DNA of 42,237 nucleotides from Nitrospirota bacterium (GTDB lineage: Bacteria; Nitrospirota; 9FT-COMBO-42-15; HDB-SIOI813): contig JAHFEQ010000005.1 in assembly GCA_023248395.1 (NCBI GenBank), positions 1 to 42,237 on the forward strand, in the 5' to 3' direction. Positions 35,688 through 42,237 of the stretch are shown here, in pieces. Each line of letters begins with the position of its first letter. The first letter of the stretch is position 1. Made by a program: the position numbers and the translations under genes. The notes under the pieces are model-generated. The model was given only the letters and a program-made list of their open reading frames with translations, ran no database searches and had not been told where the DNA came from.

Positions 35688-37999
35688 TAACACTTGGAAT
35701 GTCCGCAGAAACTACACTTCTCGCAGCCTTCAGAGAATTCCATCTCGCAGCCGCAGTCAGGGCATGCGGCCCCTATCCTCCGGTCATGCTCCACATTTAT
35801 ATTCTCAGTGCCATCCTCTGATTTCCTCATCAGATACTCCATGAGGGAGTTTGCAATGGCATCTGCGCAGGAGTGTATGATATTTTTCCCAAGGCCGTAG
35901 GGTTTGTTGCATCGAATCCCGATGAGTTGCCTGATAACCGATTGTGGCGCTACGCCACTTCTAAAGGCAAGGGATATCAGCCTCCCGATAGCCTCGTTTT
36001 GTGAACCTTCGCATCCGCCTGCCTTCCCCATATTACAGAATACCTCGAAAGCCCCCCCCCTCTCGTCCTCATTGATAGTTACATACAGGTCACCGCAGGA
36101 GGTTTTCATCCGGTTTGTAACCCCGGTTGTAGTTTTTGGCCTTGGCCTTGGATGGATGATCTGGGGCGCCGGCTGTCCATTGGACAGACTCTCTTCTGAC
36201 TTCTGACTTTTGGCTTCCGGGTTAGGACGCGGGCTAAAGCCTGCGGCTACTTCTGTCTTCTGAGTCGTTCCTACATTCATCACCTGTTCTGCACGACTCC
36301 CGTCCCGATAAACTGTAATACCCTTACACCCCAGTTTATAGGCAAGCATGTACGCCTTTTTAACATCCTCTGCTGTTGAATTGTGCGGGAGGTTAATCGT
36401 CTTGGATACAGCGCTATCGGTATGTTCCTGAAATGCAGCCTGCATACGGACATGCCATTCAGGTGATACGTCATGGGCTGTCGCAAACACCGACTGCCAC
36501 CTTGCCGGTACTTCGGATAAGCCCCTTATAGAGCCATGATTGCCGATGATCTTCTCAATCAGATCATTGCTCAGGAAGCCTTCAGACCTTGCCACTTCGA
36601 GGAAGGCCTCCAGCATATAGGGGAGATGTTCACCCCCCATCACATTCTTATACCAGATGAGGCTGAACTCGGGTTCACAGCCCCCGGAGGTATCAGCGAT
36701 CATGCTCAAGGTCCCTGTTGGTGCAACCGTAGTGATATAGGCGTTTCTGAGATTTTTCCCCTCTTTCTGACAGACAGAACCTTCCCAGTTAGGGAACACC
36801 CCACGCTGCTGGGCCAGTCTCTCAGACTCACTATGCCCAATATCGCGTATAAATTTCATAACACTCCGGGCAGTTTCTATTCCTTCTTCAGAGTCATAAG
36901 GTATCCCCAGCTTAAAGAGCATCCGTGCGAATCCCATCACGCCAAGACCGATCTTCCTGTTCCCCTTGGTGACCTCTTCTATTTGCCGGATAGGATAATG
37001 ATTCATGTCGATCACATTATCAAGAAAGTGGATCGAGGTGCGCACGGTACGCTCAAGCCTGTTCCAGTCAATAATCCCCTTTCCGTCATTATAGGTCACA
37101 TGGACATCAAGGTTTATGCTGCCCAGGTTGCACGACTCATAAGGGATGAGCGGCTGCTCGCCACAGGGGTTTGTCGCCTCTATAAAGCCGACATGGGGAG
37201 TAGGATTGGCCCTGTTGGTCGTATCGATAAAGAACAGACCTGGCTCGCCATTCTTCCATGCATTAGCGGCGATCTTATTAAAGACATCTGTTGCGGAAAT
37301 TTTTGATATGACCTGGCCTGTCCTCGGATTCAGCAGCTCATAAGGCTCACCCCTTTCTACAGCCTCCATAAACCGGTCCGTAACAGCGACACTGATGTTG
37401 AAATTTGTTATCTCGCTCTCATTTGATTTACAATCTATAAACTCTAATATATCCGGATGATCAACACGGAGGATGCCCATATTGGCCCCACGTCTTGTCC
37501 CACCCTGTTTTACAGCCTCTGTAGCATGATTAAAGACCTTCATAAAGGATATAGGACCTGAGGCGACTCCCCCTGTAGTGCGCACAACATCATTTTTGGG
37601 CCTGAGCCTTGTGAAGGAAAACCCTGTTCCCCCGCCGGATTTATGGATGATGGCTGCCTGCTTTACGGATTCAAATATGCCGTCCATGGAGTCCTCAACC
37701 GGTAAGACAAAACATGCTGAAAGCTGCTGAAGCTCTCTTCCTGCATTCATCAGGGTAGGGGAGTTGGGGAGGAACTCTTTCTTTACCATGAAGCGGTAGA
37801 ATTCTTCCTCACTGCTTGTGATATCCGCATCAGGATGATAGAGGAGGTCTGCCTCTGCAATATTACGGGCGACCCTCCTGAACATCTCCTTCGGGTCCTC
37901 CACGACGTGCCCCTTATCATTCTTGGCAAGATAACGTTTCTCTAAAACCTTAATGGCATTTTGAGAAAGTAGCGGCTCAATAATCTCTTTTGTGGCCAT
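35684..37999 (-). CDS. nrdJ: Class II (adenosylcobalamin-dependent) ribonucleotide reductase with C-terminal TSCPD/Zn-ribbon region
   Basis: [55 protein letters not shown]-terminal CPDC..CSFC. Confidence 0.95.
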   Translation of the reverse strand: MATKEIIEPLLSQNAIKVLEKRYLAKNDKGHVVEDPKEMFRRVARNIAEADLLYHPDADITSSEEEFYRFMVKKEFLPNSPTLMNAGRELQQLSACFVLPVEDSMDGIFESVKQAAIIHKSGGGTGFSFTRLRPKNDVVRTTGGVASGPISFMKVFNHATEAVKQGGTRRGANMGILRVDHPDILEFIDCKSNESEITNFNISVAVTDRFMEAVERGEPYELLNPRTGQVISKISATDVFNKIAANAWKNGEPGLFFIDTTNRANPTPHVGFIEATNPCGEQPLIPYESCNLGSINLDVHVTYNDGKGIIDWNRLERTVRTSIHFLDNVIDMNHYPIRQIEEVTKGNRKIGLGVMGFARMLFKLGIPYDSEEGIETARSVMKFIRDIGHSESERLAQQRGVFPNWEGSVCQKEGKNLRNAYITTVAPTGTLSMIADTSGGCEPEFSLIWYKNVMGGEHLPYMLEAFLEVARSEGFLSNDLIEKIIGNHGSIRGLSEVPARWQSVFATAHDVSPEWHVRMQAAFQEHTDSAVSKTINLPHNSTAEDVKKAYMLAYKLGCKGITVYRDGSRAEQVMNVGTTQKTEVAAGFSPRPNPEAKSQKSEESLSNGQPAPQIIHPRPRPKTTTGVTNRMKTSCGDLYVTINEDERGGAFEVFCNMGKAGGCEGSQNEAIGRLISLAFRSGVAPQSVIRQLIGIRCNKPYGLGKNIIHSCADAIANSLMEYLMRKSEDGTENINVEHDRRIGAACPDCGCEMEFSEGCEKCSFCGHSKCY
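36228..36250 (-). repeat. GTAG-type REP element in-frame in nrdJ
   Basis: GTAG-C-CGCAGGC-TTTA-GCCCGCG, translated as VAAGFSPR in the inter-domain linker. Confidence 0.65.
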
Positions 38000-38092
38000 A
38001 GAATTCCTCCTTCTCTCTATATATAAATATGATTACGGTGATTTTTAAGTAAAAGATTTCAGAGATTGTTAATATCCAAAAGAAGCAGCGAG

Positions 38093-38121
38093 AGTGTACA
38101 CCAGACAAACTGCCTTGTCAA
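38093..38121 (-). promoter_or_regulatory. Sigma70 promoter of nrdJ
   Basis: Minus strand TTGACA-N17-TACACT. Confidence 0.7.
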
Positions 38122-38127
38122 GAATTT

Positions 38128-38175
38128 TTTCTATATATTGTGATTTTTTTATAGACCATACCCACTATTTTGTGG
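38128..38175. promoter_or_regulatory. Tandem NrdR boxes
   Basis: Minus strand tcaCAATATATAGaaa (38128-38143) and ccaCAAAATAGTGggt (38160-38175), 32 bp apart, matching acaCwAtATaTwGtgt, upstream of an RNR. Confidence 0.8.
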
Positions 38176-38244
38176 ATTAACTGAGGAAAGGCTGGGGAAA
38201 AGGTGTGGAGAAGTTAGAAGTATTGCCCCCGCATCCAATGCAAA

Positions 38245-38994
38245 TTATCTCCAAGTCACTTCGTCCCAATAAAGATGAAGAAATACCTCATAGGGTGGAA
38301 GGTTCTTGCTGTTAAGCTCTTTCGAGCGGATCCAAAGATCGACCTCCATCCCAGCCGGGTCGGTCTCTCCTCCCGGGAGCGTCTTCTTCTCAGGATAGTG
38401 TACCTGATGTGTTTTTGGGTCACGGGACCGTTCCATTACCATGAAGTGTGCCGAATAGTCCTTGTAGAGGATCTCACCGTTCTTGAACAGATCAGCCTTG
38501 CCCCAACCTGCCAAATAAAGCCAGGTCTTAGGATAAAGAGGGTCTCCATTGCCAGAGTCCCCATGCTCATAGACCCGGGTAGCAATACCTCCATCCTGAA
38601 AGGGGGCCGTCTCCGCGAACCGGTCGAAGACGATCCGGTAGCGATCTGTCCCTTCGTTAAATTCTGCGATAACCAGACCGGTGTTAGTCTGTTCATTCAC
38701 ATGAATATCGATAATCCCGGAGACGGGGATCAGGCGCTTTCCGGCGTAATCCATGTGATCCCAGGGAGACTGATCCTGCACGCTCCCGACCAAGGTAGCC
38801 TGTGCTCCTTTGATAGAAAACTGTCCACTATAATGAGGATGCTCAGTTGCTTTGAAGATTCGTGTGCCTTCTTCATCCTTTGGGATCCCAAATTGGATTG
38901 CTTCTGTCGCTCCAGGGATCGATATCCCCATGACTGCCCAGAAGCTCACTACGAAGATCCATCCTGAAAAAAACCGTTTTGTTTTTTTCTTCAT
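38245..38994 (-). CDS. Exported protein of unknown function
   Basis: GAGGAGG SD before ATG 38994, basic plus hydrophobic signal peptide; no family recognised. Confidence 0.75.
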   Translation of the reverse strand: MKKKTKRFFSGWIFVVSFWAVMGISIPGATEAIQFGIPKDEEGTRIFKATEHPHYSGQFSIKGAQATLVGSVQDQSPWDHMDYAGKRLIPVSGIIDIHVNEQTNTGLVIAEFNEGTDRYRIVFDRFAETAPFQDGGIATRVYEHGDSGNGDPLYPKTWLYLAGWGKADLFKNGEILYKDYSAHFMVMERSRDPKTHQVHYPEKKTLPGGETDPAGMEVDLWIRSKELNSKNLPPYEVFLHLYWDEVTWR

Positions 38995-39045
38995 TTTTTC
39001 CTCCTCATTTAAACAATTTAATTCATCTATCTGTTTCATCCTGTT

Positions 39046-39226
39046 TCATCGCATGTCACCTTCTTTTTTCACCCGGGTCCCACATGCATATGCAAGGAAA
39101 CCCGCCATCCCTATCACAAAGGCTATATAAAAGGGCCATTGAGGTCCAATCGTCCAGAGCCATCCTCCTACCAGAGAAGCTGGAAAAACCACCAGACCAT
39201 GGAACAAGCTTAAATATTCTCTTCAT
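39046..39226 (-). pseudogene. Internally deleted MFS transporter remnant
   Basis: GAGGTG SD and ATG (MKRIFKL..), with GLVVFPASLVGGWLWTIGPQWPFYIAFVIGMAGFLAY..* in another frame, resembling MFS TM11-12. Confidence 0.65.
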
Positions 39227-39229
39227 GAA

Positions 39230-40429
39230 TCACCTCTCCTCTTTATTAAGACAAGACTTTAATTTTATTCCCCGCCTCATCCAGAAGACAAAGGCGGCCA
39301 CTGCAAGAACTAAAGATGCCCCTTTGAACGCCATGCCAAAACCTGAATATGCAGCCACAAATCCTGAAACTAAAGGCCCTGTAGTGTGTCCCATGTCCAT
39401 GATGGAGCCAAGCAGGCCCATTGCGGAACCCCGTGCCTCCCTGCTGCTCAGGTCCGCAACATAGGCGGATGAGGCCGACGTAACTATCGAGAGGCTAAAG
39501 CCAAAGGCTATGCTCAGGGCAAGTAAAGGTATGAATGACCTGAAAAGCGAAAAAATGCCTATGCAGGCTGCCGCGATTAATGCGCCTGTAAATATTTGGG
39601 GCCTTCTTCCGTGTCTGTCGGAGAATCTCCCCATAATAGGCTTTGAGAGGGCAAGCGTGATAACCTGTGCAGAGAGGAGTATCCCAACCGCATAGGGGCT
39701 GAGGCCGTTTCTGACCGAATAAAGGGGGAGGAATGTTTCGAATGTACCGTATGCGAAGAGGATGGCCGCTTCCACGGCACATGTGATAAGTATTGCTTTA
39801 TTGGAGAAGACTGTCCTGAAGGTTTCAACGGTATCTCCCCACGCCTGATTCTCATGTTGCGGCGTCTCAGATTGTGGAATGATTATGGTGAGGAGAAAGG
39901 TGACAGTGCCTGCAAGGCCGCACACGATATAGACAGTTTTGTAAGCCAGTCCCGGATTGAAGGCCAGGGCTCCAATAATGCTGCCTCCAATAATAGGCGC
40001 CATGAACCTGCCGAAAAGGGTCGCTGTGGAAAACCATCCCATCTTTTCACCCCGCTCCTCGTGGAAGAGTTCAGAGACAAGGGCCATAGCGACAGGTATG
40101 AATATCGCCGTGGCAAAGCCGTGAAAAAACCGGACAACCGCAAGCTGCCAGATTTGGGTCACCGCAAGGTAGAGGAATGGGACTGTGGAGAAGACACATG
40201 ACGACAATATAAGCATCTTACGTTTGTCGAATCTGTCAGAAAGGATTCCCGCAGGGATACTGAATACAACCCCTGTAAATGCAGAAACAGCAGCGACGAA
40301 CCCGACACCTGAAGGGTCTGCCCCCAGGTGGGCCGCAAACAGGGGAAGCACAGGGCTTTTTGATATAGTCGAACTGAATATGGCAAAAAGCCCTGTTATG
40401 CAGAGCAGCAGGAATGGACTGAGTCTCAT
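39230..40429 (-). CDS. MFS transporter (DHA1-like)
   Basis: 12 TM, motif A GILSDRFDKR and GRFSDRHGRR, RFFHG. Confidence 0.93.
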   Translation of the reverse strand: MRLSPFLLLCITGLFAIFSSTISKSPVLPLFAAHLGADPSGVGFVAAVSAFTGVVFSIPAGILSDRFDKRKMLILSSCVFSTVPFLYLAVTQIWQLAVVRFFHGFATAIFIPVAMALVSELFHEERGEKMGWFSTATLFGRFMAPIIGGSIIGALAFNPGLAYKTVYIVCGLAGTVTFLLTIIIPQSETPQHENQAWGDTVETFRTVFSNKAILITCAVEAAILFAYGTFETFLPLYSVRNGLSPYAVGILLSAQVITLALSKPIMGRFSDRHGRRPQIFTGALIAAACIGIFSLFRSFIPLLALSIAFGFSLSIVTSASSAYVADLSSREARGSAMGLLGSIMDMGHTTGPLVSGFVAAYSGFGMAFKGASLVLAVAAFVFWMRRGIKLKSCLNKEER

Positions 40430-40977
40430 TTACTCATCAGTCCTTGTATTTCCCTGTGATAGCCGAGATACCGGTTCAGGGTCTTTTCATTTTTTCCGTA
40501 TTTCGGGTATTCCCTCAGTATCTCTTCAAACCTCCGCTCAGCCTCCAACTCATTACCTCCAATATCCACAATCCCATCCATGATAATATCCACAAGTCTG
40601 TCAGCATATATAATTATCTTCTCCTCAAGAGTTTTAAGAGAATAATCTTTGACAGGCAATCCCAGTTCTTTAGCCTCTTCCTCTGTAAGCCCACCCCTGA
40701 TATGCTTTTCCATGATATCTGTAACCTTTTCTGGTAAGCCTAATTCTCTTCCGATATCAGCGCCAATCTTCCCATGCTCAATTTCATGGGTCTTTGCCTT
40801 CCCAAGGTCATGAAATAAAGCCCCCCGTCCAATAAGTTCCATATCAAGGCTGGCGCCCGTCCGCCCTGCAATCTCCAACGCCTTTTCAGAGACCTTTACG
40901 CAATGTCTTATATCTACCCATGAGACCCCAGCCTCTCTGAGTAAACCGATATCTGATTCCTGGATCCTGTAATTCAT
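40426..40977 (-). CDS. HD-domain (HDIG-type) metal-dependent phosphohydrolase
   Basis: RHC..V, LFHDLGK, EHG, KHIRGG, YADRL. Confidence 0.88.
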   Translation of the reverse strand: MNYRIQESDIGLLREAGVSWVDIRHCVKVSEKALEIAGRTGASLDMELIGRGALFHDLGKAKTHEIEHGKIGADIGRELGLPEKVTDIMEKHIRGGLTEEEAKELGLPVKDYSLKTLEEKIIIYADRLVDIIMDGIVDIGGNELEAERRFEEILREYPKYGKNEKTLNRYLGYHREIQGLMSK

Positions 40978-40992
40978 ATTAGTCCTCCGTTG

Positions 40993-41125
40993 CTACTTAA
41001 CCCCGAAATACGCCAACGTATCTGTTATTGTCTTTTCGAAGTCTTGTTTAATATGGTCAAACATGCCTGAAATCCTTTCCTGTCCTTACAAGGCTCATAT
41101 TTAAATGTTTGTCAATGGATGGCAT
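40993..41125 (-). pseudogene. Probable internally deleted small gene (two overlapping out-of-frame mini-ORFs)
   Basis: AAGGAGGT SD plus MPSIDKHLNMSLVRTGKDFRHV* (41057-41125) overlapping MFDHIKQDFEKTITDTLAYFGVK* (40993-41064). Confidence 0.5.
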
Positions 41126-41143
41126 AATTACCTCCTTTTAAGC

Positions 41144-42145
41144 TCAGGTTTTAGACGCATAGAGCATCTCGAAAACTTCTATCCCTTTTTCAAGGGCTTT
41201 ACTGTCATCCTTTACTGTCTTTCTTATCCCCTGCAGGATTTCCTCTACACCCTTTGACTCTGGACTTTCATATTGACCATCCTTTATATCCAGTTCGTGA
41301 ACAATCTCTGCTATTTTTTTAAGCGTTCTGTCTCTGAAAGCAAATGACTTGAGAATTACCTCAAAGGTGCACCGATCGCCTATATGAGTAAATTCACCGC
41401 CTCTGATATCAAAGAGGATATTCTTTTTATCGATATTTTCCATCTCCTTTTCTTCTATGAACTTAAATAGAGCCTTCTTATCAATAAATCTTTTCACCAG
41501 CCATGCAGAGGCCATCCTGTCAACAAAAGGTTTTTTTCGGGTCACCCATGTCCTTCCCTGATAGTCTTCAATTCGTCTGGCAACGATCGTCCTTTCTTTC
41601 TCCTTCGTAGCGGCACCGGATATCCTTTTTAAATCCTTTTCTATATCCATTATCTTCTTTTTAAAATCCCTTCCAGCCTTTGACGAAAAGAAATCAATTC
41701 TCGTTACTTCTTCAAATTCTTTCAGGTGTTTATTGAATTGTTCTAATAATTTTTTTGTGTTTTGTATTCCAGCGCCTTTCCTGATGCTGCTTACCTTCCT
41801 TTCCAGTTCCTCCAGCCTCTTCTCAATATCGCGGTAGTCTTTCTCTCTCTGCTGGTTGAAGAGATCAATTATTTCAGCATGTTTCAATGTCTCAATTTTT
41901 TCAACCATAACAAAAGCTGCGTCACCTTTCATGGATATAATTTCCGACACCAGCCACTGGAAAAGTTCGTAATGCTCCTCGTTGCAGGGCAGGACATAAA
42001 CAGCACCCTTAAGTTGTATTGCCCCTACTTTTGCAAGTCTTCTCCATACCTTCATCCTGTTACTTACAGGTTTTGAAGGTACACTATAAAAAAATAGAAG
42101 CCATTTTATCTCTTCTGAAATGCCTCTGTGTAATACCCGTCTCAT
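41144..42145 (-). CDS. chrB: ChrB-family chromate-resistance regulator (ChrB_N plus ChrB_C)
   Basis: WLLFFYSVP..R.KVWRRL..GA, RIDFF, WVTRKKPFVDRMASAWLVKRFID, FTH.GDRCTFE, IVHELD. Confidence 0.9.
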   Translation of the reverse strand: MRRVLHRGISEEIKWLLFFYSVPSKPVSNRMKVWRRLAKVGAIQLKGAVYVLPCNEEHYELFQWLVSEIISMKGDAAFVMVEKIETLKHAEIIDLFNQQREKDYRDIEKRLEELERKVSSIRKGAGIQNTKKLLEQFNKHLKEFEEVTRIDFFSSKAGRDFKKKIMDIEKDLKRISGAATKEKERTIVARRIEDYQGRTWVTRKKPFVDRMASAWLVKRFIDKKALFKFIEEKEMENIDKKNILFDIRGGEFTHIGDRCTFEVILKSFAFRDRTLKKIAEIVHELDIKDGQYESPESKGVEEILQGIRKTVKDDSKALEKGIEVFEMLYASKT

Positions 42146-42166
42146 GATTGACCTTTCTGTATTTAT

Positions 42167-42210
42167 GTAACATATGTTACTAACATAACATATGTTACAA
42201 GATGATTCAA
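42167..42210 (-). promoter_or_regulatory. chrB promoter with tandem palindromic operator
   Basis: Minus strand TTGAAT-N17-TATGTT overlapped by GTAACATATGTTAC (42167-42180) and TAACATATGTTA (42186-42197). Confidence 0.75.
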
Positions 42211-42237
42211 GAATATTTTTGCAACTGTGGGCTTATT

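Noticed and set aside
36536-37306. 256-aa antisense ORF in nrdJ
   Set aside because: Shadow ORF opposite a conserved gene
38275-38967. 230-aa plus-strand ORF opposite the exported protein
   Set aside because: The minus-strand ORF has an SD, a signal peptide and operon context; this one has none

Overview
Bacterial chromosomal window. Gene content is compatible with a Nitrospirota- or deltaproteobacterium-like diderm organism; this is an inference. It starts at the 3' end of an rRNA operon (5S rRNA plus terminator). It then carries a long MCP, a split cobalamin-dependent methionine synthase, a TlpA/Met-rich Spy-like/UbiB trio and purC. Next is an Rrf2-aprA-aprB-sir::tusA-sat sulfate-assimilation operon built on a dissimilatory-type APS reductase, then a GAF-GGDEF-HD-GYP protein. 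A long minus-strand run joins System II cytochrome c biogenesis genes to glycogen/PFK genes. The rest holds AI-2E/YyaL, a porin plus small periplasmic-binding-protein pair, a radical SAM gene, class II RNR nrdJ with NrdR boxes, and a decaying ChrB-regulated operon without ChrA. Three observations stand out. (1) AprB ends in -DFSI and the Rrf2 regulator ends in -MYHI, both resembling C-terminal CysK-docking tails, which suggests physical coupling of APS reductase to cysteine synthase. (2) At least seven unrelated small palindromic elements occur with no transposase in the window, several inside or forming the ends of genes. They include a perfect 65-bp palindrome translated in-frame in the radical SAM gene, a GTAG-REP in the NrdJ linker, a 161-bp TIR element supplying the nrdJ stop codon, and a 201-bp rod-like element with a 7-bp flanking direct repeat. 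(3) Two genes in the ChrB operon appear collapsed to start-plus-end remnants. All calls come from motif recognition by eye; no searches were run.
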